Source: Octopus sinensis
Lineage: Eukaryota
NCBI RefSeq assembly: GCF_006345805.1
Contig: NC_043003.1
Span: 41,354,001-41,418,000 of the forward strand
Reading direction: 5' to 3'
Length of the DNA: 64,000 nt
The notes beneath the pieces are model-generated. The model worked only from the letters and a program-made list of their open reading frames with translations. It was not told the DNA's origin and did no database searches. The number at the start of each line of letters is the position of its first letter. Position 1 is the stretch's first letter. Below, piece by piece: positions 39,978 to 52,932 of the stretch. A program made the position numbers and the translations under genes.

Positions 39978-40466
39978 CTTCATATATATAAGCAAATGTG
40001 TGCAGATATTTATAGCTCCGTAGAGTGCGGTAGAACGTCCCGAGAAAAGATTCCCGAGCACACGACGAGTGCTAAAAAGCACAGATTGCAGGCGCTGCTT
40101 CTATCGCTGATTGCTAAATTATACACCACCTGTAGCTTCTTATAGTATCACAGACTGCCTAGCCAGTGTTAAAGTACGCTGATTTGACTGACCTTCGATC
40201 TGGCATTCAGTGTTTTGCCTGCGTGTTGTTGATGATTCGCAATTTGCGATGAAATTATGTGATTTAACAGTGCCATTCGCCTGTACTGACGAAATTTCCT
40301 CAACCGATATGATTTCTTGTATTTAGCATCTGTCGTCTACATATGATTATTTCTCGGGACATTAGTGTCCTGGTGGTGTTTACATATATTTATATGTGTG
40401 TGTACGTGTGTGTGGTTGTGTTTGTATACGTATGTGTGTGTGCGTGGTGGGGGACATACACATACA

Positions 40467-40506
<40 letters not shown>

Positions 40507-40918
40507 TTATATAGATATATATATATATATATATATAAAAGAAAAATGAAGAAATTGCTGACAAAATAATTTAAGTAAGGGAGAGTGTATTTAATTAGGT
40601 GAAAGTTCTTTTTACCGGTTGCGCATTTGTTATGCTTATCAAAAGATATTTTTTTAAGAGAGATAGAGTTCCCCTCTGATATATATATACATAGGGAGAG
40701 AGAGAGAGCAGGTGAAATCCAGAGATGTTCAAGGTAGAAAACTAGTAGTAGTGCTTAAATGATTTGGACATACACTCCAAAATCTTTATCGAGGAATAAG
40801 TCTGCGGGGTAAAGAGGGTCCAGCGGAGAAATCCATGTGGGTTGATAAGAAGACAGTGGTGGAGATAAACACGCTTCATCGTGAGGTATAAAACATACAT
40901 CTGTAAACACATGTAAAC

Positions 40919-41011
<93 letters not shown>

Positions 41012-41176
41012 AGGAAGCCGAATTTTCCTAGATGAACACAGGTGTATAAACATATACATACTTATATACTTACACAACAAATTTTTATGATGTGCCAAAA
41101 TTACAACCAACTGAGTGGAGATGTCATGCTATTTCAACTCTGACAGCTGTTTCTTGGGGTTCAGAACTATATATAC

Positions 41177-41219
<43 letters not shown>

Positions 41220-41372
41220 GTGTGTGTGTGTGTGTGTGTACGTGTGTGTGTGTGTGTGTGGTGTGTGTGTACGTGTGTGTGTGTGTGTGTGTATTTATAT
41301 ATATGTATGTATATGTATGTATGTATATATATATATACACACACACACATATATATATGTAATACATGGTGG

Positions 41373-41714
41373 TGGTGGTGACCCCTTCGGTCAGACACTG
41401 ACCATGGGTTTGCACCTAGAGAGTTACTCCCTGAGGCACAAGTCTGGGCAAGGTTGTTTTATGGAAGACCAGCAGTCGCCCATGCATACCGGCCTCCCCT
41501 CTCCACGTCACCGATGTTGTCCAAGGGAAAGGCAAGGGCCGATACAGCTTGGCACCTGTGACGTCGCAACTCATTTCTACAGCTGAGTGAACTGGAGCAA
41601 CGTGAAATAAAGTGTCTTGCTCAAGAACACAACACGCAGCCCGGTCCGGGATTCGAGCTCACGACCTCACGATCGTAAGCTCGATGCTCTAACCACTGAG
41701 CCACGCGCCCTCAC
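41373..41714 (-). mobile_element. SINE family D: tRNA-derived CORE-type SINE, full length
   Basis: rc head ggcgcgtggctcagtggttagagcatcg...gagctcgaatccc (A and B boxes), then gtgttcttgagcaagacacttt...ctcagctgtagaaatgagt (CORE-like). Confidence 0.9.
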
Positions 41715-42440
41715 TATATGTATGTAATACACACACACATATTTATGTATATGTGTGTGATTGTGCGTGTTTCACGGTGAGTATGCATGTGAATTGGTAT
41801 CTCCATAGTTTGAATGAAAGATAGATAAACTGAAAAACAGAAAATACAAATATACATTTTGATGTATGTATATAAGGATGTGTGTGAACAGGAAGCAATA
41901 TAATATAAAATGATATTATGAGCAAATAAGAAATCAATATTTTGAAAATTTTCCTGATTTATTGATTTAATATTAATACTGAAAAATAGTCCTGCATAAG
42001 TGACCGAATGTATTTAACGCAATATATATATTTGAAAAATATATCCCATTTTTAGTTAAATATAACGTTATTTGATAACAGATGAAATAAAGTATTAGCT
42101 AAATATTTCGAAAATATTCTCTGTTCATGAGTATTGATATGTACATTAGAGTTTTTTGTGTATATTTTCAATAATTTTTCGAATTAACGATTTTTGAATA
42201 TCCACTTTCCAATAATTATATGCTTTTTTCCCATCGTATCGACTATTGTGCTCAGTATTTTCGAGGATATATCTGTATGCATGCATGTATGTATGTATAT
42301 ATTTATGTATGTATATACATGTGTGCGTGTAAGTCTGTTTGTGCGCGTGTGTGTATATATATATGCACACACACACACACACATATATATATTCATACAT
42401 ATATACATATACATAAATGTATGTTGTGGTAATATATATA

Positions 42441-42484
<44 letters not shown>

Positions 42485-42510
42485 TACATACCTCTATATA
42501 TATATTATAC

Positions 42511-42545
<35 letters not shown>

Positions 42546-42709
42546 ATTATATATAGAGGGCATTATACATACATGCCAGACGGCATTATACATACATGCC
42601 AAACGCTAAGAGGGACAATGATTTCATACTTACGTAATGATTTCATACTTACGTAATCACCCTGCCCCGCTTAAGCGGGGCAGGGCCGTTGTTTATTTAT
42701 AATACATTC

Positions 42710-42757
42710 AGGCCTGCTGATGATTACGTAAGTATGAAATCACTGTGATACAGGTCT
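42710..42757 (+). ncRNA. Type I minimal hammerhead ribozyme, copy 1 (predicted cleavage after 42750)
   Basis: AGGCCTG-CTGATGA-T TAC GTAA GTA T-GAA-ATCAC T GTGAT-A-CAGGTCT: 7-bp stem I (one G-U), intact CUGAUGA/GAAA core, GNRA-capped stem II, 5-bp stem III with a 1-nt loop, AUA triplet. Confidence 0.9.
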
Positions 42758-43186
42758 ATATTTTTAAATGTCTTACTTTGAAAAATTGCATTCGGTGGGC
42801 ATTGTAATATTTTTGGTAGAAATGACTGATTGTCCCTCTTAGCGTTTGGCATGTATGTATAATGCGTCTGGCATGTATGTATAATGCCCTCTATATATAA
42901 ATTAATATGTTCAATAAGAAATAATTATTTTCGAAATTTTTTCTCTTATGAAGGTTTTACGCTATCTACCTGACAATTTCGTGTTAAGTTTTCCTTATTA
43001 GTAGTTGTCCTTAATTGCTAATTTTTATTCCGAAAAAACTTTTCCTCTCCCGAAATGCAATTCGTAAAAGTTTGCCATTTACCCCGGATGTAATATATAT
43101 AAACTCACCCATGTGCTTCGTTGATGTTGATCAGTTAGCTGATCGGCTTAAGCGAGGCAGGGTCGTTGTTTATTTATAATACATTC

Positions 43187-43234
43187 AGGCCTGCTGATGA
43201 TTACGTAAGTATGAAATCACTGTGATACAGGTCT
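43187..43234 (+). ncRNA. Type I minimal hammerhead ribozyme, copy 2 (predicted cleavage after 43227)
   Basis: Identical in sequence to 42710-42757. Confidence 0.9.
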
Positions 43235-43489
43235 ATATTGTTAAATGTCTTACTTTGAAAAATTGCATTCGGTGGGTTAGTATATTTTTGGTAGAAATGA
43301 CTGATTGTCCTCTTAGCGTTTGGCATGTATGTATAATGCCGTCTGGCATGTATGTATAATGCCCTCTATATATAAATTAATATGTTCAATAAGAAATAAT
43401 TATTTTCGAAATTTTTTCCTTATGAGGTTTTACGCTATCTACCTGACAATTTCGTTAAGTTTTCCTTATTAAGTAGTTGTCCTTAATTG

Positions 43490-43524
<35 letters not shown>

Positions 43525-43670
43525 AGAGAGAGAGAGAGAGGGAGAGAAAGATATGTATATCTTATCTATCTCTCTGTCTCTTTATCATTTTCATTGCATG
43601 TCTATTTATGCGTGTGTGTATTTGCGAGTCTGTTGTTGTATACGTATTCACACACACACACATACACACG

Positions 43671-43764
<94 letters not shown>

Positions 43765-44486
43765 TGTTTAAAAAAATTTATCTATGGATGGACCTGATGA
43801 GGCCTTGACTGTAAAATATATGCAAGAAAACTCATTGACCAGAGTCCCACCAATAAGGGTCAGCAGCAGACAGGTTGGAACGACCGTTGTACAAAATAGA
43901 GATTAGTACCAAATCCATCTTCTCGTTACTTAAAAAATTATCATTGTTATTATCTCAACTAACACTGCGGATGACACCAGACAGCCCAAACTGTACTCAA
44001 CACATCGGCACACTAATCGACACATTCGTCCAAATATTTAATACATATATATATATATATATATTGATACTAGTCAAATGAATTATTCAAACGTGGAAAA
44101 CAGAAACAGAAACTCTAATTATATCAATATTAATAAAGTTGATTACGCAAGGAGTTTAAAATACGGCAGCGAGACTTAATAATTACGAAAGTATAGAACG
44201 ACGAATTAGCTGGAATATTTTTCCAGCTACTCATAATTTAATTACTTCAAATTTTAAAAACGTCAACCGAAGACGCGTTTCATTCACATTAAGATTTCAT
44301 CAGCAAACCTCATTTTTCTTCGCACTACTAGATTTAGTGATGCGAATATCCATCAGGAAATGCATCAAATGTAAACTGGTTAGCTTCATAATGTAGATTT
44401 GCTGAAAAGAATCAATTACTTATGTGCACAATCCGTATGATAAACAATAGTTTATTTAATGTGAATTCATTGTATATACATATATA

Positions 44487-44883
44487 TTCTTTTACTCTTT
44501 TACATGTTTCAGTCATTTGACTGTGGCCATGCTGCAGCATCGCCTTTAAACGTGCAATTCGACCCTGGGACTTATTCTTTTGTAAGCCCAGTACTTATTC
44601 TATCGGTCTCTTTTGCCGAACCGCCAAGTAACGGGGACATAAACACACCAGCATCGGTTGTCAAGCAATGCTAGGGGGACAAACACACACACACAAACAC
44701 ACACACGCATATATATATATACATATATACGACGGGCTTCTTTCAGTTTCTGTCTACCAAATCCACTAACAAGGCTTTGGTCGGCCCGAGGCTATAGTAG
44801 AAGACACTTGCCCATGGTGTCACACAGTGGGACTGAAGCCGGAACCATGTGGTTGGTAAGCAAGCTACTTACCACACAGCCAC
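44487..44883 (-). mobile_element. SINE family B, full length
   Basis: Head gtggctgtgtggtaagtagcttgc (rc), internal (TA)/(TG), tail ending gtaaaagagtaaaag. Confidence 0.9.
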
Positions 44884-44899
44884 GAACAAATTCAGAATT

Positions 44900-46600
44900 T
44901 GACTAGTAATTTACGTTCTCAACCCTCTAAAGGATGAAAGTAAGGTCGGTCACGTCGGGACTTGAATTGAAAGTGTGAAAAATTGAAACAAATACTGCAA
45001 GGTATTTTGTCCCATGATTTTAACCGAGGAAAAAGTCTAGCAATTCTAGGAGCTGTTGTTAGTTGGTAACATCCAGCTCAGCACCTGAGATGTGCTTTTT
45101 TTTCTGTTATCGAACTTCGCAACGAATAAAATCATACTTGATCTCGGAGAGATTTGAACTCAGAACGCTTCGCAGATTAATAGAATAAATCATTTTGTCC
45201 AATTCTTTCACTCTTCTACTGACACACCGTCTTGATTTTGTTTGAAATAATTAAAATATTCCTCAATGACTAACTATCTCGCACCCACCTTTTTTGTAGG
45301 TTCCAGTATTTAATATATTGATTTCACATTTTGGCACAAGGCCAGCAATTTCAGGGAGGTGTTATGTCAATTACATCGACCACAGCGATAAACTCGTACC
45401 TATATCATCGACCCTGAACGGTTTTCAGTATAACAAAATCACTAAGGCAGTGAACTGGCAGAGGCGTTGACTTTGCCTTTCATCCTTTCGCATTCCATGA
45501 AATAAGTAGTTAAGTACTGAAACCGATGCAATTGAATTAGCTTCTTCTCGATATATTAAATCGATATATTGCAATCACTAATGCGGCGAGCTGGCAGAAT
45601 CGTTTGCACACCCGGTGAAATGCTGAGCGGTATTTAGTCTGCCGCTACGTTCTGAGTTCAAATTCCGCCGAGGTCGACTTTGCCTTTCATCCTAAATACA
45701 GAGAGGACAAACAGGGACAGACAAAAGGATTAAGTCGATTATATTGACCCCAGTGCGTAACTGGTACTTATTTAATCGACCTCGAAAGGATGAAAGGCAA
45801 AGTCGACCTCGGCGGAATGTGAACTCAGAACGTAGCGGCAGACGAAATACCGCTCAGCATTTCGCCCGGCGTGCTAACGATTCTATCTTTTTCTACACTA
45901 GGCACAAGGTTCGAAATTTTTAGGGAGGGGGCCCAGTCGATTATATCGACCCCAGTTCGTAACTGGTACTTATTTAATCGACCCAGAAAGGATGACAGGC
46001 AAAGTCGACCACGGCGGAATTTGAACTCAGAACGTAGCGGCAGACGAAATACGGCTACGCATTTCACCCGGCGTGCTAACGATTCAGCTAGCCCACCGCC
46101 TTATTTCTGTTTAGGTCATGAAGATTTACTACTGCTTCTCTTCAAACGTTGTTTAACGACAACGTTTATAGGGGGGGAGGGGGGCTAAATTAATCATGCA
46201 TGTATTATATACAAGTATCATGCATGTATTATATACATATATACAGCGCATTATGCACATACACCGATAACGTGCATGTATTCGGGAAATGTAAATAACT
46301 TCTTAGTAGGCACATATTCTGCTCCTGTTGATTTAAGCATGTTCCATAAATATTTCACAGCTTCCATAAGGCGGCGAACTGGCAGAAACGTTAGCACGCC
46401 GGGCGAAATGCGTAGCCGTATTTCGTATGTCGTTACGTTCCGGGTTCAAATTCCGCCGAGGTCGACTTTGCCTTTCATCCTTTCGGGGTCAATAAATTAA
46501 GTACCAGTTACGCACTGGGGTCGATGTAATCGACTTAATCTCTTTATCTGTCCTTGTTTGTCCTTTCTGTGTTTAGCACCTTGTGGGTAGTAAAGAAATA
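44900..46600. mobile_element. Dense cluster of SINE family A copies in both orientations
   Basis: Plus strand: about 45445-45540, 45581-45690, 46368-46600. Minus strand: about 44900-45030, 45100-45190, 45310-45420, 45693-45883, 45884-46095. Confidence 0.88.
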
Positions 46601-46849
46601 TATATGATGTCTTCTGTTTCATTACCCTTGTTATATTAAGTTTTACACGTGACTGTGGCAACACTAAAATGTATCTGTCTGTATTTCGTGTGTGTGTGTG
46701 TGAATGGAATTATTACAATGCAAAGTTTTCTTGTTAAACTGTAACGAATACATTGTCTCTTTAGCTACGACAATGGTCGGAAGTGACGGCATAATTTGAT
46801 TGCCAGCTTGAAAATGGGTGAAACAATGGGTCTAATAATGATGATTATG

Positions 46850-47140
46850 ATCATTATGATAATGATGATGGTCATCATCATCATCATAACAATCGGCATC
46901 ATATTCATCAACAACTTTTCCTCCTCTTCCTCCTCCAAATGCTGCACTCTCTTCCTTCTCATAATCACCATTGACATATTTGTCATCGTCGTTGTTGCAA
47001 TTCTGTTTGGCGTCGTCGTCGTCGTCATCATCATCATCAACATCATCATCAACATCATCACCATCACCATCATCATCATCATCATCAACATCATCATCAT
47101 CACCATCACCATCACCATCATCATCATCATCATCATCATC
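46850..47140. repeat. (CAT)n/(CAC)n microsatellite field
   Basis: Direct reading. Confidence 0.9.
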
Positions 47141-47577
47141 TCCCTATGTTAATCCATCTGAAGTATATACGAAATAGGAGAAGCGTACTCGACGACTTTT
47201 CTGTTGTCAACTAGCTTCAGGTTTCATGCTTCCAAGTTCATTGTATTTATGTTTATTGATCTCTCTTCTGTGTCAATGTTACATGAGATATCGATAGGTA
47301 ATCTATATCTTTACTCTTCACTTTGCAGACACTTGTCTACGTGTTCAGCCCCGCTACTGCGTACACCGGGCAATTGTCTTCTGATATACGTCTTCCCGTC
47401 GACCAATGCCTTGTAAGTTACCATGAATGTTCGTTTTGTGTGTTACTGTGCATGTTTGTGCACTTGTATATAAGTCCGAGTGTTTGTGTTTGAGTGTGTG
47501 TGTGTGTTTGTATGTGTGTATATGTGTGTGAGTGTGTGTGCGTACGTATGTGAGTGTTCTTTATAATTTGTGTTCGT

Positions 47578-47978
47578 TTACTCTTTTACTCTTTTACTTG
47601 TTTCAGTCAATTGACTCTGGTCATGCTAGAGCACCGCATTTAGTCGTACAAATCGACTCCAGGACTTAATATTTGTAAACCTAGTACTTATTCTATCGCA
47701 CCCTTTTGCCGAACCACTAAGTTACGGGAACGTAAACACACCAGCATCGGTTGCCAAGCGACCGACACACAAACACACACACACATATAGACATATACAT
47801 ATACATACATATATACGACGGGGTTCTTTCCGTTTCAATCTACCAAAACAACTCACAAAGCTTTGGTCGGCCCGAGGCTATAGCAGAAGACATTTGCCCA
47901 AGGTGCCGCGCAGTGGAACTGAACCCGGAACCATGTGGTTGGGAGGGAAGCTATTTACCACGCAGCCACTCCTACGCC
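47578..47978 (-). mobile_element. SINE family B, full length
   Basis: rc head ggcgtaggagtggctgcgtgg...ggttccgggttcagttcc, tail gactgaaacaagtaaaagagtaaaagag. Confidence 0.9.
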
Positions 47979-48656
47979 TACGTTTGTTTGCATTTATATA
48001 AGTAGTTCGGCAAAAGAGTCCACTGACGTGTGTACCAAGCCTGATAAAATTCGTGGCGTTAATATGGCCGCTTAAACCAAGTATAGCAAACTGTAGCCCG
48101 TGGGACTTCCTCAATACTTGTGCAGCCCGCTTGGTGTGATCCAAGTATGATGCAGCTCGCTTTTCGTAAATGGTTAACCGTGCCAAGGCGATGCATCAAC
48201 ATTACCACAATGCGATAACTGAAACAAGTAAAAATACGAAAACGTATCCAAGAGACAATATCCTCCTTTGTATAATTGTTATCTGAATGATTCATATAAC
48301 TCAAGTACGCAGCAATAATTGATTAGTTCGTCCTGTATAGAATGTTGAATGCTAAAATATCAAAACTGACGTCTCTTGTAATTGTTCCAGGAACTTAATG
48401 AATAATCTTACCAAATAATCACTTAACAGCTATCAATATCTTAAACACCAATAACGAGGCTGGTATGCTGATAGTAAACTTTGATTTTTGTATTTTTTCA
48501 TGTTTATTTTAAAAGGGAAGAAAATTTTTTAAAGAAGTAAAGAAATATTGATTATGTTTTACAAGATAGTAACAGAGAAAATAATAGAATTAAATGAATA
48601 TAATAAAATTAAAAGTAAAAACTATGATGTTAGAAATGTCTAAAATAAAAATATAT

Positions 48657-49045
48657 GGGAGCGGAAGTGGCTGTGTGGTATCAGGTTGGCTTCACAGACA
48701 CAGTTTAAGGGTTCAGTGTCAATGCGTAGCAAGTTGGACATATGCGTCGTAAAATAAGCCTTGGGTCGACCAAGACCATGTGAGAGAACTTGAAAGACGA
48801 ACACTGAAATAAATCCGTTGTATTTACACGCAAGCAAACACATAAGCCCACGCACATACACACACACACATATCCCAGTATGGCAGCAGTCCAATGACTT
48901 AAGCAAGTAAAATGTATAATATATATCTTAATAGAGCGTTGTCCGGTTAGCTGAGTTGGAAAGAGCATTGTGCTAATGTGGGCAAATCAATATTTTATTC
49001 AAAGCAGTGCTCCAGCATAGCCGCAGTCTAACGACTGAAAAAAAT
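48657..49045 (+). mobile_element. SINE family B, strongly diverged
   Basis: gggagcggaagtggctgtgtgg...gggttcagtg...tail gcagtgctccagcatagccgcagtctaacgactgaaa. Confidence 0.7.
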
Positions 49046-49568
49046 AATATATATATATATATATAACAGGGCATAAAAATAATAGCACAGTTGAGTCAAT
49101 CCGTCTGTCGCTTTCATCGTCAACATTTCTCTCTATTTGTAACACCTGCCCTGTCTATTTTCATGCCCTCTTTTGGTGTTTTCTATTCTTGCCTCGTAGA
49201 TTTCTCCATTTCGGATAGACATTGCATTGTCATCACAGTCTACATATTAATTAAATTCAATCTTATATTAATTCCTGTACTTCTTTTTGACTTAAATAAA
49301 TATGTTCTTCCTTCCTTTAATTCTTCCCCTCTCTCTCTTCACGAATCTTCTGCGGAAAGTCACTCCTTGACTAACTCAGCATCAAGCTTTTATTCATCTC
49401 AGAATTATGTTCTCAATTTCTTCCTAACTACGAGCAAAAACTCACTAAAGTAAATAGACATCAAAAAATTATTAATACACAGAGTTTACATATGAACATA
49501 CCTACATGCATAAGTATATAATAAATAAATACAGAGAGAGAGAAAAAGAGAGTGAGAAGCATAAGCGC

Positions 49569-49619
<51 letters not shown>

Positions 49620-49647
49620 CATTTATATATATGTATATATATATACA

Positions 49648-49682
<35 letters not shown>

Positions 49683-49717
49683 CATATACATACATATATA
49701 TATACATATATACACAC

Positions 49718-49753
<36 letters not shown>

Positions 49754-49776
49754 GTATATATATATGTATATATATA

Positions 49777-49823
<47 letters not shown>

Positions 49824-49827
<4 letters not shown>

Positions 49828-51446
49828 CTGTAGGCCCTGATAGATTCCCCGCTAGTCTCCTGAAGGAATGTAGACACCAACTTGCAGTCCCTCTGACCAA
49901 CCTCTGGAGAAATTCGTTTGACTCTGGTTATATACCGAAGCAGCTTCTATTCGAGTCAGTCATCCTGGTTTTTAAATAGGGAAACAGATCCCTCGCAGTC
50001 AACTATCGCCCAATCTCACTCACCTCCCACATCATTAAAGTGTTTGAAAGAGTGTTAAGATCAAGTATAGCTGACTTCCTGGAGACCCACAAACTCCTAA
50101 ATGCAATTCAGCATGGCTTTCGCTGTGGCAGGGACTGTCTAACACAGCTCTTACACCACATTGAAGATATACTCAAAGCCTTGGGAACAGGCTCGAACTC
50201 TGATGTCATATATCTTGACTTCAATAAAGCGTTCGGCAGGGTAGACCATAATATCCTACTCTCAAAATTGGCAAATGTTGGAATCCGTGGAAAACTTCTA
50301 CACTGGATTATTTCCTGGCGAATAGAACACAACATGTTGTAGTTGATGGAGCCCACTCAAGCCCACCAAAAGTCACCAGCGGTGTCCCCCAAGGGACTGT
50401 CTTGCGTACGCTACTCTTTATAATTTACATAAACGACCTTTCCAGTGTCGTACATTACTGCAAAGTGAAAATATTTGCTGATGACACTAAGCTCCTGCAA
50501 ATCGTCAATAATGAAGAAGCAGACCGAACTCAAATCCAGTCTGATCTATATGCTGTGAGTCAATGGTCAGACAGAAACAAAATGCAACTGAACGAGGGAA
50601 AATTTGAGCTGATGCATTTTGAAAGAAATTCCTCACTAAAACAGCCATACTCTCTTCCATCAGGGGAACCGCTCACAGCCTCTAACAATATCAGAAACCT
50701 GGGTGTAATTGTTGATGACGATCTCAGTCGGAATGCACACATCAACAATAAGGTCGATATAGCTCGTAGGATGAGTTCCTGGATCTTAAGAACTTTCCGG
50801 TCCAGAGAACAAGGTGTCATCATACCACTTTTCTCCTTTGTACGGCGACACCTCGAATACTGCTGCCCACTGTGGTCTCCTCATACAAGACAAAACATCT
50901 CGAGGATTGAATCACCCCAGAGGGCACTCAATAAACGAATTGAAGGCATGGCTGATCTCGATTATTGGGACCGCCTTAAAGCCTTGAAACTCTACTCTCT
51001 CCAGCTTCGCCGCGAGCGGTACATCATTTGTACGATGTGGAGAATATACCGCCAACTTTGCCCAAACGACCTGAACATTAGTTTCAAGGTTCATCCAAGA
51101 CTGGGACCACGGGCCATACGCCTCCTGCCCAATTCAAAATCACAACATACATGTACACTGCAACATAATTTCTTTTCCTCAACAGGCCCTGCCCTATTTA
51201 ACATTGTCCCGAAAGAGATCAAAGAGGAAAAGGATCCCATCAACTTTAAACGGAGTCTGGATAGATTCCTTCAAGGAATACCAGATGAGCCACCCATAAT
51301 TGAATACAACTCACCCAACAAAAACTCACTACTTGAATGGACCATAAACAAAACTTGACTTAAACAGGATTCAGATAATCCTATCAGGTGGTGCTATTAA
51401 GTTAGACGTGGCCAGGACCAATCTTTAGTCGAAACATATCTAAGTT
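49824..51446 (+). mobile_element. 5'-truncated CR1-group LINE (RT region to 3' tail), frameshifted, between two (TA)n tracts
   Basis: [94 protein letters not shown]. Tail ggtggtgc...gtggcc...gaaac. Confidence 0.94.
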
Positions 51447-51540
51447 TTATATATATATATATATACATACATATATATGTATATATATATACATATATTG
51501 TATATATATATATATATATATATATCAATATACATATATT

Positions 51541-51594
<54 letters not shown>

Positions 51595-51611
51595 ATATAC
51601 ATATATATATG

Positions 51612-51650
<39 letters not shown>

Positions 51651-51651
51651 G

Positions 51652-51699
<48 letters not shown>

Positions 51700-52932
51700 A
51701 TATATACACACATAAGCGCATACGTCTATGTCTGTGTGTGCATATCGTGTGAGTAGCCGGACGTCTCAGCTTGTATATATATTTCTCAATCGGCATCTGT
51801 ATATTTTTCCTTCGTTTTCATTCACAGTACCACACAAGCACACACATAAACACACACACACACATATGTCTTTTTCTCTCTTTTTCCTAAAAATCCCAAA
51901 AGATAAGAGAAACAAATCAATCAATTTGTCTACATATTTCGAATATATTTGCCCGATTTTGTGACTGCAAATGTATAGATCAATAGAAACAAATTTGGGC
52001 AAATATATACGAAATGTGTACCAGAAATACACAGAGAAGCACAAACTCCCACAAAAACTCAATGATATTTAGCAAATTAAGCAAAATATCCATCCATGTG
52101 TTTTTCCAGCCACGCTATTTCTCTCTCTCTCTCACACCCACTCTTTCGCCTTCACCCTACCCCTTCTTCTGACAAACTAGGTAGCTCTAACAAGCCTAAA
52201 AGACTTTAACCTGCAGGTAATTGAATCCAACTGTTTCAAATAATACACACATACATACATACATACATACATACATACATACATACATACATACACACTT
52301 ACATACATGATACATAACATACATACATATATTCATACATACATACATTCATACATTCATACATACATACATACATACATACATGCAGAGAAGTATATAC
52401 TTACATATGTATACATTCATACATAAACACACACACACACACACATACACACACACTCACACACACACACACGCAAACACACACACACAAACACACACAC
52501 ACATATAATATCTATTTTTCAGTCTACATAAATCCATCTTTCATCCCATCAATCTGAAACTTTTAAACCGTAGATCCTGCACTTACTCTCACAACCCTAG
52601 CATAACAGGTCCCAATTTTACAAGCCACAAAAGTTAGGAGCAATGCATCAAGTTGCTAAAATAAATAACGAGAAGTGATGGAGAAAATTTACAACTTTGT
52701 AGTTCAAAAGGGGAAAATAATTATGTATTATTGATAGGAACTAAGAGACAGACCGAACAAGACGAATACGTGTATACACCCGTGCTCACATAGGCACACG
52801 CAATACAAATTACTCACACATATGTGTGTATTCCCACTGTTAGCAAATCACCAATCACCGAGTTATACGCGTCTTTATGCATCTGCATGCATACAACATT
52901 GATATATATATAAACGCACATACAAACATACA

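Larger units (their letters stand above)
42545..43492 (+). mobile_element. Hammerhead-containing tandem element (Penelope pseudo-LTR / retrozyme-like) inside (TA)n
   Basis: Direct repeats 42669-43020 and 43146-43492 (offset 477), each with an intact hammerhead. The 5' part 42545-42659 consists of inverted copies of internal segments. (TA)n on both flanks. Confidence 0.85.

Noticed and set aside
41640-41714. tRNA-like sequence on the minus strand (also 60050-60122 and the SINE-A/B heads)
   Set aside because: Continues into SINE bodies and lacks a proper acceptor stem; these are SINE heads, not tRNA genes.
43785-43852. CTGATGAGGCC...GAAAACTC...GAGTC motif
   Set aside because: Stem I and stem II cannot both be formed in register with the core.
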